Positions 1 to 13,510 of a stretch of 64,000 nucleotides of DNA are shown here, one piece after another. Origin of the DNA: Octopus sinensis (lineage: Eukaryota); assembly GCF_006345805.1 (NCBI RefSeq), contig NC_042998.1, forward strand, positions 144,336,001 to 144,400,000, written 5' to 3'. Position 1 is the stretch's first letter. Every line of letters begins with the position of its first letter. The notes beneath the pieces were generated by a model. The model made no database searches, had not been told where the DNA came from, and worked only from the letters and a program-made list of their open reading frames with translations. Both the position numbers and the translations under genes were made by a program.

Positions 1-1711
1 TTCATTCTTACAGCCTATTTTCTTATAATGTTTATCTACACCATTCTTCAGTATGTGTGTGTGGTTGTAATTTTATTCCGCTTATACACCTCTATACATA
101 TAAAAATATGTCACAGTGTCCGTTTGTATACAATATAACTATATATAACACTACTTGCTGTTTATATTAATGTCCCGGTGTGTGCTTTGAATTATAAATT
201 TCTCTTTATTTATTTACTGTGTTTGTACTGCAGTAGGAGGAATAAATAATACATTCCTTAAGTTTTTACCAAACACATATCATGTGTTATTAGGCAATTT
301 TGGATTTTCTATAATGCCAATGCTATAATGTATGTTTATCTAAGATGTGTGTGTGTGTACGTAAAAATCTTTGTATATTATTATACATTCCAAAACATCT
401 TATACACATACAGACGCGTGTGTTGTGTCAATGTGTGGTGGTACCTCCTTGGGAATTAACTAATAAACTGAACATTATCTTGTATTTAGTTTAATGATTT
501 ATATATTAACATAATCCTTTAGTCGTGAGTAACGACCACGACATGAAAAAATAGACAACATTATCAAAGAATACATTCTGCTAATTCCATCATTTTTTTT
601 AAATTATTATTATTAATGCATTCCATTATTGATATATTCCACTACCTTTGTTGCTATCATACTTTTTCCTCTGAACGAACGAAAATATTTGTCCAACCAA
701 CTGGGAATTCTTAGACATTATATTTATAGTCGCAAACCTGAAATCAGTTCCATTATAAATTTGTCCGCATTTTTGAAGCCGTTACAGGAACATTTTTGGT
801 ATTTTTGTGTCAGTCTTCCGCTCACCATTCAGTGTAACTTCCTAATTGCCAGACGATCTTGAGGCTAGACGTAATTCACAGTGGTATTCCAAAGGACCTC
901 AGGTGTTTTCCTTGGCACTCCGTCTTTCATCACACTCTAGTTGCAAGGACACATGCTGCCTGTAGTTAGCATTTTATTGTGTTGCTATTTGATACACTAT
1001 TCAGCATGCGATTCAACTATGATTTTTTTTTTTTATATTGGTGTGTGTGGGTGGGTATTTCCTGTACCTCTCAAATTTGCCAGTTGGTATTAAATTAATC
1101 GGTATTCATTCCCATAGAATCTGATTGCGACTTTGTTGCAATCTCTGCAATCCTTTTTAGCCAGTCGAAATTTTCAAATCAATGAAACCATTTTATTTTA
1201 AACTCCCCACTGTTATTATTGTTTCTTGTCTGATATAATGGTTCTTCGGGTTGGAAGTGAATAGGTCAGAATCAAAGAAAGGAAAATATTTCAGGAAGTG
1301 GTTGCCTGTATTCAGGAAATAGATTATATAGATAGACAGACAGGTGTGTATATGGATGGATGTTGTGTGTGTGTGTGTGTGCATATATTGTCTCTATATG
1401 TTGATATATATATGTACTTAAATATAAGCATGTGTATGTATATAAATATAAATCTATATGTGCATGTATATATGTGTGTGTATGTGTATATTTATATATA
1501 TATATCCTTTCTACAAAAGGCTCAATGCATAACATTTTGAGGGGCTAGTTAATTACATTGACTCCAGTACATGACTGGTACTTATTTTATGAAGCCAGAA
1601 AGGATGAAGGGTGAAGTCAGCTTCAGTGAAATTTGAACTCAGAATGTAAAGACAGCGAAATGCTGCTAAGCATTTTGCCTGGCATGCTAACAATTCTACC
1701 AGCTTACCACC

Positions 1712-2001
1712 TCATGAGGTAATGAGTTCGATTCCCAGACCAGGCTGTGTGTTGTGTTCTTGAGCAAGACACTTTACTTCATGTTGCTCCAGTTCACTCA
1801 GCTGTAGAAATGAGTTGCGATGTTACTGGTGCCAAACTGTTTTGGCCTTTGCCTTTCCCTTGGATAACATTGGTGGCGTGGAGAGTGAAGGCTGGTGTGC
1901 ATGGGCAACTGTTGGTCTTCCATAAACAACCTTGCTTGAACTTGTGTCTTGGAGGGGAACTTTCTATGTGCAATCCCATGATCATTCATGTCCAAAGGGG
2001 G
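1712..2001 (+). mobile_element. tRNA-derived SINE (family with cttgagcaagacactt body)
   Basis: B-box-like gagttcgattccc head; an inverted copy of the same family lies at about 44520-44840. Confidence 0.6.
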
Positions 2002-2029
2002 TCTTTATATATATATGTGTGTGTGTAGC

Positions 2030-3790
2030 TGAAGAGCCTCATACTCTAAGGAATGACACAGCCAACAAGAACCTTACCAATGCTTCATTCATGGAGCAAA
2101 TTATATTCCAACTAAACAGAGCATATGATATACAAATAATGTCCATAATGCTAACCATATGTGACAAATTTGTCATAGAACATAGTGCCAACACACACAA
2201 GAACAAGATCCTTAGGGAGAAGAAAATTCTTATAAGATGACAAACAGAGACTGCAAACCACCTGAACAAACATCTCAAAAGCTGTGAAAAGTTCCACTTG
2301 AAAACAACACCATTGGAGATTGGGAAAAGTCAGCATCAATCCTATGAAAAAGAGAGAGTAGACAAGGATATTTAGGTTATAAAAAATTAAATCAAACCGA
2401 AAAGCTTTCTTTAACTTTGCCAAAGAATGGCCTCAGTATGTTACAAGATAGGACTCTTCCTCCTAAAGGACAGCTCTCTCATAAGAAACCCAATGATGAT
2501 AAGTAAAATGCTGAACAAACAGTTAAAAAATCACTGCAGCTTCTTTTTCAGATCTTCCTTGCAAGTGGTAAGCTCCCAGGTAAATTGAAGGAGGGAATAA
2601 TATGCCCTGTCCATAAATGAGGAAGCAGAGAAGATGCTAAAAGTTATAGGACAATCTCTCTGACCTAACACACCAGCAAAGTCATGGAACAAATAGCCTG
2701 CAGGAAACTAATTGCATTCCTTGAAGTCAATATACCTTGACTTTGCAAAAGCCTTTGATAGACCATGATATAATATATCACAAGTTACATGAACATGGCA
2801 TAGTCAGAATACTTGGAGAGTAGCTAGATGACTTTTTAAAAGATAGAAGTTAAGCAGTGGTGACCAATGGAGCCACTTCTAAGGAAACACAAATAATGAG
2901 TGGTGTTCCACAGGACATTGTCTTAGGGTCACTGCTATTTGTAACGGCCTCTCAGAAATGTCCTAAGCTGCTCAGATAGCCACCCTTACTAACTGCAAAT
3001 GATACAAAAATCTCTGAGAATATAGAATCCTGGAAATATTGCACAAATTGCAATGGGAGTTGGACCCAATATACAGATGAGCTGAGGACAATAACATGCA
3101 GTTTAATGTTGGAAAATTCCAAGCCCTGTACTACAAGCACACAAATCTCAAAATGAAATGCAGACAGGATATTCTGTCCCAGAAAGGGTTGCAATCTCTG
3201 AATCAAAATCAATGTGCAACCTGGATATTGACATGAGTAATGATGCATCTTTCCAGGTGCATATTACTAAGTTGGCAATAAAATGCAAACAGCTGGCTTG
3301 TTGAATCTTTCAGAATGAGAGAACAGGAAACCATGGTGGTCCTCTGGGGGACATATGTCCTATGGTCACCACACAGTATAAAATTAACAGCATAACTTGA
3401 AGCTACACAAAGAAAATCATCTCAATACATATCAGCTACTGTAAAAGTTAAGACTCTACTTCCTAGGAATGAAGGCAGAAAAGATATGCAGTTATATACA
3501 TTTGGAAAAACTATGGCATTGTAAGTTACACAAATGGCAGAATGGGGCACCACTGCAGAGTACCAAATATCCCAACATCACCACAAGCCCACAGCTCTTT
3601 CATATCCTTCCAAAAAGCCTCAGAGAACTGCATGGTGTGGATATGGGTGTCTTCAAAACAACTAGACCTCCTCTTGTCAATGATTCCAGATGAGCCAACC
3701 TCGTGGCAGGAAACACAGATGAGGGCAGCAGTATCAAACTCCCTCATTCACCATTCAACACGGGTTTAAACCATTGAAAAGTTGATTTTT
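2030..3790 (+). mobile_element. Highly degraded CR1/L2-group LINE, reverse transcriptase region and tail
   Basis: Broken RT motifs DFAKAFD (~2738), SGVPQG..LG.LLF (~2898) and A.DTK (~2995), with many stops and frameshifts. Confidence 0.72.
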
Positions 3791-4737
3791 AAGTTGCTGG
3801 AATACCCTGCATACAGACTGCACAGTCAGGCCAGGGTATTGTGTCTTTCTCAAACATCTCAGTTTCTACAGCTGGATGTCCTTTCTAACACTAACCACAT
3901 TACACAATGTACTTAATACATTTTTCCATTGCACTAGCACTAGAGAGGTATCTATGCCTTCAACAAGACTAAAAACTTCTTTTAGCCTTATTTTGTCTTT
4001 GCTTGATTTGACAACAACTTTACAGAATACATCGGGTGCATTTTATTGTAGTATTGATGCTACTTAAGAGGAGACTGAAACAATTAAAATAATAATAATT
4101 ATAATTATTTCAGCAAATACAACAGATAACTATGAACATGTTTTAGTCTTTCATCTGTACTTCACCAAGCATGGTGAAGTCTGTGCTTTACTGATGAGGC
4201 TAGAATAATACCAAAACATGTCCATTCCTAATACTGGCTTCCTTCACAGCATAATTATTTCTAGTTATCCTTTTAACATTCACTAAATCAAATATGTTAG
4301 TACTAACTTAACTAGCAACGCCAGTTACTGTCTAATTATATATATAACAAAACTATAATTTATTCCACAAAATTACAAACTGCAACAGATGGTAACTCAG
4401 ACTAAATTTTTCAGATCCGTAAAACTCTATGCTCTATTTATTTCATACTTTGTTGGTGTGATTACCTATATTTTGTCTGCTTTTCTTCTTATACCATTAA
4501 ATTCACACTCATACATACATACTTACACACACATACACATACACAGACACACACACACACACACACATTACATTTTCATTTGTACCTATCATTACTGAAA
4601 CATTAGGCTATGTAACCACATATTTGCATGAAAACCTAGAAATGCTAGAAAAACCAACCAACCAACCAAACAAACAAACATACAGTCACTCACTCACTAT
4701 TTGTAAATACATATTTGATTAAAGGAGATCCATTTAA

Positions 4738-4953
4738 CACTTTAGCATTCAAACCGGCCATGTCCAGCCTAATATTCTACCTGTTTTATGTTCAAACTGA
4801 CCAGACTTGACCTTTCAGACCTACACAACAATGTCATTATAAAAATAAACAATCACATCAAAATCTCAAAGCTGCAGGATAATGTATGATTAATTCAAAA
4901 CAATGTAAATAAATAAGTATTGCATTTGATAGATTAATCTGAATGTTAAAGGG
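4738..4953. mobile_element. piggyBac-like MITE, family A (~216 bp)
   Basis: ttaa|cactttagcattc ... aatgttaaaggg|ctaa termini; related copies at 55134-55349 and about 60090-60312. Confidence 0.65.
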
Positions 4954-5301
4954 CTAAAGACCAAGGCATATCAAAGTGAAGCACATCACAATTGATGGCT
5001 GGACAATATGACACAAATCAACAGATATCAACAATACATTCCATTAACAAAGGGATCATCAATGAAGGGAATATAACTGGTGTTTGGTAATCTACAAATC
5101 CAAGAGTATCTAAAATTGAGCAGATCTTTAAGTACGGTGTATATCATAATAAAACTAGACAAAAGAATTATAAGGTATCACTACAATGTTTCATTAGGAG
5201 ATTTGGTGATGTAACATCATACATGCAGTTATGTAAGACATACAACATCTATAAGATTATGCAATATATTACATTTGGGCTGTCAAATCATTAGGCTAAA
5301 C

Positions 5302-8165
5302 CGCGGGCCACATGCGGCCCACCGAGAGCTTTTATGAATCCCAACTTCTATGCAGATACTTCGTAACTGTTTCAATTGTACGGTAATTCACAATAGTTTG
5401 CATTTTATTTCAGTTCATTGTTTCGCGCCTTCACAAAATTGTCCGCTGTTTGTTTGTTTCAGCTACTGTGAAGCGATGAAAAATTTCAAGAAATATTCCC
5501 ATGACATCATAATAAAACACATTTCCGGGTGAAGATATCTTTTCTGTGTTTTCTCGTCAGACCCTACAAACTCAAAAATTAATAGAACAATAAAACAAGT
5601 ATTGTGGCAATACAACGAGTCAATCGATATGCTTGAAACATTCAAATAAATAAATCACGTGATAGATGGTGAAGAGGGCATGATGGACGATGCGTTTCGT
5701 TCCAATGAAGAAGCCGGCCAGGTTAATAAAAGGGCTTGAACCAGCTTTTTCTGGACACAGAGCTGTGGTTGGTTATCATTCACTCTATCGATTATATGAA
5801 TCTAGTACAGACACGAGTGTTTCAAACTAGCTTTTGTTGTCTGATAAAATTTACCCAAAATGAGTTGTTTGAAGCTATCTAAAAAGCGAAAAATTGAAGA
5901 GGAATGTCGTGTTTTTAATGAAAATTGGACTGAAAAGTATTTCTTTACCGACTGCATGTTTGATTTGTTCTGAAACAGTTGCTGTGTTCAAGGAATATAA
6001 TTTGAAACGCCACTTTCAAACGAAGCACGCCAATTTTGGACACAATTTATCAAAACAAGAACTGCAAAAGAAAGCAAATGATCTGACAAAACGTTTGAAG
6101 CAACAGCAAAATGTGTTTGATAAAACTTCCTCTTTACAAAGGAACGCGACAAAGGCAAGTTTTATATTGGCCAACAAAATTGCAAAGCAAAACAAGTCAT
6201 TCGCAGAAGCAGAATTTATCAAAGATTGTATGGTTGATGCTGTCAGTGTTGTGTGTCCTGAAGTTAAGTCAAAAGTAGAAGCCATTTCCCTGTCACGAAG
6301 AACTATTGTTCGTCGCATTGATGCAATTGCCATGAATATTCATGAACAGCTGTTAACAGCCAGTGGTCGATTTCAGTGGTTTTCTATTGCTTTAGATGAG
6401 AGTACTGATATTCAGGATACTGCTCAGTTACTCATTTACATCAGAGGAATTGACGAAAACTTTGAAATTACAGAGGAATTATTATCTATGGAGTCTCTCA
6501 AAGACACTACTACTGGAAAAGATTTGTTCAACAGTGTCATTAACAGTTCAATCAGGTCTGGATTAACCCTAAATAAACTGGCCAGCATTACAACCGATGG
6601 AGCTCCTTCGCTCACTGGTAAACATTCCGGCCTTGTGAAGTTGTTGAATGACAAAATCAAAGAAGATTTTCCACTACACAGTGTGTTGTCTTTTCACTGC
6701 ATCATACATCAAGAAAGCCTTTGTAAGTCATCTTTAAAACTCAAACATGTCATCGAACCTGTGGTGCGTGCAGTGAATTTAATAAGATCAGGGGGATTGA
6801 AACACAGGCAATTCCGAAGTTTCTTGGAGGATGTGGAGGCTGATTTTACTGATGTGCTGTACTACACAAATGTCCGCTGGTTAAGCATTGGAAAAGTTCT
6901 TAAGAGAGTATGGGACCTCAAAGCAGAGATTCTTATGTTTCTCAAAATGCGACATCTCCTGTGACTTTTTAAACGAAATGGAGAGTGACGAATGGGTTTG
7001 TGATTTTGCATTTGCTGTGGACATAATGCAGAAGCTGAATGAACTTAACACAAAACTGCAAGGCAAAGGTATATTTGCTCATGAATTGTACCTGGAAGTG
7101 AAAGCTTTTCAATGGAAGCTTGGACTTTTTGCCAAGCAGCTGAATGAGCAAAAATTTATTCACTTCCCACTGCTGAAAACACAGTCTGTTACACAAGAAT
7201 CATCGGACAAGTACAGTTCCCAGTTGATGGCTTTACAAAAGGAATTCATTAGAAGATTTGCTGATTTCAAGGCAGTTGAAGGCCTGTTCGATTTGCTTAA
7301 CTCACCTCTTGCCTGTGACATTGAAACAACTACCGAGGAACTGCAGATAGAACTGATTCATTTGCAAGCCGACAATTCTTTAAAGATGATGTTTGAAAGT
7401 AAACCACTGGTCGAGTTTTATGCTTCTCTACATGCAAAAAGTTTCAAAATCTAAAAAAATTTGCAAGAAAGATGTTTGTGTTGTTTGCATCAACTTACAT
7501 ATGTGAGCAGACTTTCTCCATCATGAAAATTAACAAGGGGAAGAATCGATCACTTCTCACAGACTCAAATCTTCAGTCAGTGTTAAGAATCAGCACAAGC
7601 AACTTGACACCTAATTTTGACAAACTGGTAAATGACAGTAGTCAACTGCATCATTCTCATTGACATTGTTATTTACAGAGCCGCTTTGTTTTTCAAATAA
7701 ATGCTTCAGGTGACGTTTCTAATTTCAGATATCAATTCATATTAATAAACTGTTATTTCTCTTTAAAATCTTTTATTTTGGGTATCCTAGAATTTAAGTA
7801 TAATATTCATCATGGTTGTCCATAATATTAAGAGGTGGTTGTCCACAATTAGTGCAGATTTTACTAGGAAAATTCCGTTCCTGGCAATTTGTAAGCAATA
7901 ACAGGCTGTCCAAAATAACCGAGGTTCCTGTAATAATTTCATCTATAGGAACAAATAACCGAAAAACATGAACCCGATACTCTAAAAAATAAATTAAATC
8001 ACTTAAACCAGGAATATTTCACAAAATTTCCTTTCAATCAATTGTGTGTTTATAGGTCTATAACTGCCTTTAAAAATATTTTCACTTGATTTTTATAAAT
8101 GAGGCCCGCCAAGGTTCCAAAGACGCACTGTGCGGCCCGCGATCAAAAAAGTTCGCCCATCCCTG
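5302..8165 (+). mobile_element. hAT DNA transposon, Buster/Charlie/SPIN group, left TIR deleted
   Basis: 8-bp TSD GGCTAAAC at 5294-5301 and 8166-8173; right TIR ...aagttcgcccatccctg; GGGCC/GGCCC subterminal motifs; internal transposase. Confidence 0.93.
5860..7663 (+). pseudogene. hAT transposase (GTF2IRD2/EPM2AIP1-like) with three frameshifts
   Basis: MSCLKLSKKRKIEEECRVFNENWTEKYFF start, BED-like CLIC...RHFQTKH, LDESTD, TTDGA, HCIIHQE, VRWLS, ASTYICEQTFS; frame changes near 5950, 6950 and 7445. Confidence 0.92.
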
Positions 8166-8204
8166 GGCTAAACCATGTGTAAGCCAATATTCTATATGTT
8201 GTCA

Positions 8205-9715
8205 GATTATAAAGATTACATATCAATTATTGACTGCATATGGGTTAGTCTAAGGATATGGGAGCCTAAATGTAACATCATCATCTTCATCATCGTTTAA
8301 TGTCTGCTTCTTTCCATGCTGGCATGGGTTGGATGGTTTCACAGAAGCTGGCTAGGCAGAAGACTGCACCAGACTTATGTATCTGTTTTAGTATGGTTTT
8401 TACAGCTGGATGCCCTTCCTAACACCAACCACCCTGCAGAGTGGACTGAGTGTTTTTTACATGGCACCAGCACATGTGAGGTCAGTTTTGTCATGGTTTT
8501 TACAGCTGGATGCCCTTCCAAATGCCAACCACTTTACAGTGTGGACTGGCTGCTTTTTACATGGCATCAGCACTGGCAGGGTAACCAAGTAGCTTGCAAG
8601 ACAAATCATTGAGAGGGGAGGGAGCTTTGGAGCAGGCAATATTGTGCCAGATGATGAAAGGTTAGAGTGTAACAGAGAGGCAGAAACAGGTGTCTTGCTG
8701 AAGAGGTACGTGGTTACCAAGCCAGAGAAACAGAGAAATAGAGAGGAGAGGGAGAGAAAGAGAGAAAGGGAAAGAGTTAACAAGAATGAGGAGAGAGAGT
8801 ATCTTATAGATGTTGCATGTCTTACATAATTGCATGTACCATGTCACATCACAGTAAATTCTCTTAATGAAACATTGTGGCAATACCATATAATCCATTC
8901 GTCTACTTATATTAAACTGTTGGACTTGCTAATCTGAAAGCAAATCAATTATTGATCTACATATGGTGTAGCCTGAAGATTTGAGAGCCTAAATGTAACA
9001 TATTACATAGTATTGTAATTGCTGCTTGTCTTACATAATAGCATATATGATGTTACAACATAATAATGTCTTTTAATGAAATATTGCAGCGATACCATCA
9101 TTTGTTTTCTTAATTTATGTTGTTGGATGACTTATCTGACAGCAGATCGATTATTGACCTGCATATAGTATTGCCCAAAGATCTGAGAGCCTAAATGCAA
9201 CATATTGTATAATCTTATAGATGTTGCATGCCTTACATAATTACGTGTACGATATTACATCACAATAAAATCTCTTAATGAAGCATTGCAGTGATATTAT
9301 ATAATTCATTCAACCCTTTTTGTTATATGCTTTTGGATCCACTAATCTGACAGCATATCGATTATCAACATGCATATGGTTTAGCCCTAAGATTTAAGAG
9401 CCTAAATGTAACATGTTGCATGTATTACATAACTGTATTAGCAATGTTGCATCACAATAAAATTTCTTAATGCTAAATTGTTGCAATACCATATACCCCA
9501 TTTATTGTTTTAATTGTATGTTGTTGGACTTGCTAATCTGACTGTATATTGATTATTGACCTGTATATGATTTAGCCTGAAGATTTGAGAGCCTAAATGT
9601 AATGTATTGCATAATTATATACACATTGCACGTCTTACAACTGTACATATGATGCCAAAATAAGAACTATTAATGAAACATTATAACAGTACCATATAAA
9701 TCATTCATTTGTTTT
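8205..9715 (+). repeat. Diverged ~200-bp tandem repeat array interrupted by an RTE-tail insertion (~8280-8795)
   Basis: Marker gagcctaaatg recurs at about 8262, 8984, 9188, 9398 and 9588; inverted copy at 5165-5301 plus 8174-8204. Confidence 0.8.
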
Positions 9716-12227
9716 TATTATATATATATTTATTCCTATGTATGTGGAATAGTTATTTTTACATAGGTACAAATAATGGTTGTGAAGATGCTAGTATAAA
9801 TGTAGAATAGATAAGCACCAAATTAGTGCTGAGACTGGTCAGGTATATATGTATATATGCATGTGTATAATCTTTCATGTATCTAAAACATTTATCATTA
9901 GACCTCTTTTATCACTCACCTGTCAGTCTCCCAAGCCAACATCACTCATGACTATTACCCTTATTCCTCATGCCGCCAAATTTCATTTTCCTTTTGCTCA
10001 TCTCTCAATTATTCTGTTTTCTTATCATCACTGTAGCTCCTTCCTGAATAATATAGACTCATAAAGTTGGCTTCCCAGTTCCTGTGGCATAAATATTCTT
10101 CTCTAGACTAGTCTATTGCAGGATTACTCATTTTTGTCAGTCTAGTGGACAGGAGGAATGTGAAATGAAGTGTTTTGCTCAAGAACACATTGCATCACCT
10201 GGTCCACACGAGTCCAGCACTCTAACCACTAAGGCACATGCCTCCTCTATCTTCACTGTACTTGGCTTCAAATGTGACTAGATGTGGCAGAATTTCTCTT
10301 CTGATCACTGTACATTGCTTTCAGTATAACTATGGATACCATGGGATCTCTCTGATCTTCTTGCCAACATTCTACCTCTTTCTTTCTCATCCTTATCACT
10401 TTAGCTCTCCCTTCATCTTCTTGTGTATATACTCAATAGGCTTCATACACTTCAGTGGCTGTTTAGTATTTGACATTTATCTACCTCTTTCTAGCCATCA
10501 CTTGCTCATCTCTATATTCACTCACACAGGTACTTGATAAAAAGTACCCAGTACACTCTGTACAGTGGTTGGTATCAGGAAGGGCATCTAGCCATAGAAA
10601 TCTTGTCAAAAATGAAATTTATAAGATGTGATCCTCTAACACATCTATGAGAGTAAAAATGTTCCATTCAACTCATACCAACATGGAAAGCAAACAAAAA
10701 AAGATGATAATGGTGATGATGATGAATAGGGTAGTCTGTACTAGGTTTTCTAATGTGTAATTTTTTAAAGATATTAAGATATGGCTTGAGGAAGATTTGG
10801 CTTCTATTTCTAGCAACCATACAAAGGCTCCCTAGTTGGCTCCTATACATTTGACTTTCTACTGCTGAAGTTGCTACTTGTAGCATGTAAATTTATATAA
10901 AAAAAAGATTGTATTAAATTTAATATTTAATATAATCAAAGTTTTATTTTTCTTATGCTTTTTTTTTTCAAATCTAGCATTTATAGTTACTAAACAGATC
11001 AGTCATTTATATAATTAAAATATAATAAATTGTGAAGGGGAGATTATATGATGCACATGTGTGAAGTGCAATGTTGCATGGTAGTGAGATTTGTGCCAAG
11101 AAATGCAGAGGGTTTGGGGAAAACTAAAAAGAAATGAAGCAAGCATGCTTTGCTGGATTTGAAATGTTAATGTGTATGAACATCATCATTCAACATCCTC
11201 TTTCCATGCTGGTACGAGTCAGATGGTTTGACAAAATCTGGCAAGTCAAAAGGCTGTGCCAAGCAATTACAGGTAAGTTCACCGCAAGGAAAGTTCACCA
11301 CCATCAATCTACCATGAAGAAAGTTCACTACAAGGAAACTTTACCGAAAAAAATATATCCATAGCATCTCACCATTAATAGTTAAAAACTATTTCATTGA
11401 AAAAAATGGTGAATTAATGATGGTGAACTTAGCAGACATGACACCAAGCTCTACTGTCTGCTTTGACATGGTTTCTACAACTGGATAGCCTTTCTAAAGC
11501 CAACCACCTTACACAGTGTTACATATTATCAGCAGTAATGCGGTCACTAAGTAACTTGCAAGACAAGACCCCTCAACTGAGTGGAGGGTAGTATTGCAGA
11601 ACATGGCTGTGTGCCTGATAATCAGAATATGAAAAGAGAGACAAAAATATGTGCCTTACAGTAAAGGAGATACGTGGCTACTTCAGTTGGAGAAGTGAAG
11701 TGGAACCAATAGAAATGAGAGAAAAATGGATATAAGAAGAATTAAATATAATAAGAGAGAAGACTGCATTGATATGGAGATGTGATGTAATATGGAGGAT
11801 AACAGATGAGTAAAGGAAGTGTTGAATGCTAAAAGTGAATGGGACACATGGAAGAAAATATGTCAACAATGAAAGGACTGATCTGTTTAGTAACTATAAA
11901 TAAAACTGATTCAGACTATGTGACAACTTGTCCAACTCATTCCAGCATAGAAAGTGGATATGAAATGACAATGATGGTGCCAACTTGGAGTGAAAAAATT
12001 TTATAAAAAAAAACGAATGAAACATTTAATTTAAAAATGATAAATCATTGAACTATCACAAACTTCATGACATTCTTGATACAATTTTCATGTGTTGGGG
12101 GCCAACTTAAGGGTAAGAACTTACATACCAACTCTCAGTTTTATATATATACTAGCAGAATTGCCCGGCGTTGCTTGGGGCTGAATTGCTTGAAAGTACT
12201 GTTAATGATTGCACTGAATTATGATGA

Positions 12228-12749
12228 TTATTCAGGCAAATATTGATATAAGTTTACGGTGGGAGATAAGGACTTAACGATCAAACGTGTGCCATTGCAT
12301 TGTTTTGGGGGAACCAAATTTCTGATGAGCATTATAGGGGCACCAACTTTAAGTTTGAGAAAGTGTGGTGGTAGTCCGGGGTGCTCAAAGGAATTGAGTA
12401 CCTCTATTGGATAGTTGATGACGTCCTCTGGGTCAGGAGTTGTATCGATAGATTGATATACATAGACTTCCCCAGGAATGAGTTTTAGCATTTCATCATT
12501 AATATGGTGAACAGTTTTATTCCTCGGGGCCAGTATAGCCTTTTTGCCAATCCAATCCATATTCTGATAATTAGCTTGTAGATCTGGGAACACTGCATCT
12601 CTGAGATCAGAAGGCGTCTTAACAATGGTACAAATGGAATCGATGGCAATATTACCATTTTCATCCCCTGGTATTTTGCCTTCGCCAAGTGCAAGGAGGG
12701 TGTGAGGAAATGCTGCTGATGTGATATTACGTCGCATATGAGCACGCAT
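12228..12749 (-). pseudogene. Helitron PIF1-like helicase C-terminal fragment
   Basis: AILAPRNKTVHHIN, YQSIDT, EVLNSFEHPGLPPHFLKLKVGAPIMLIRNL...CNGTRL motifs. Confidence 0.9.
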
Positions 12750-12996
12750 ATTGGTGTGAAGTTTGAGAGTTACTTCCCTTTATTTAAAAAATATGCATTA
12801 AAATGGAAAAAAATGATGGTAAATTATTTGTAAAATCATAGACTCATCGTAGACGCGCGCTAATACCCAGAAGGGCTCGATATGAATCCCGACTATAAGA
12901 TACCCGGTTTTGTTTAAACTGCATCGCAAAATGTGAGAGTAGTTAGGAATCTAAATCGGAGTAGACAGACACACAACTTTTCTTTTATATATAAAT

Positions 12997-13510
12997 ATTT
13001 TCGTTCTAAAAAACTTTGTATGGATTGAATGGTTACCTCTATGGAAATATATACACGCACATTATACATACATGTGTGTATAGATGAATATATAAATACA
13101 TTTAAATATCTATATACACTTTTGGGCGATCTTTCTGTTTCTTAGAGATAACTTTAGATCTTATTTTCATCCTAAAAAACTTTGTATGGAGTGAATGGTT
13201 ACCTCTATGGAAATATATACACACACGTTATACATACATGTGTGCATAGATGAATATATAAATACATTTATATATCTATATACACTTTTGGGCGATCTTT
13301 GTGCTACTTAGAGATAACTTTAGATCTTATTTTCGTCCTAAAAAACTTTGTGCGGAGTGAATGGTTACGTCTATGGAAATATATACACACACATTATACA
13401 TACATCTGTGTATAGATGAATATATAAATACATTTAAATATCTATATACACTTTTGGGCGATCTTTCTGCTACTTGGATATAGGTCTTATATTCGTCCTA
13501 AAAAACTTTC
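12997..13510 (+). repeat. ~166-bp tandem repeat, three copies, inside the Helitron
   Basis: ctaaaaaacttt marker at 13006, 13172, 13338 and 13498. Confidence 0.9.

Noticed and set aside
600-1330. Protein-like fragments on both strands (e.g. GNHFLKYFPFFDSDLFTSNPKNHYIRQ on minus, DLEARRNSQWYSKGPQ on plus)
   Set aside because: Short, interrupted by stops, no consistent splice chain or recognisable family; left unresolved.
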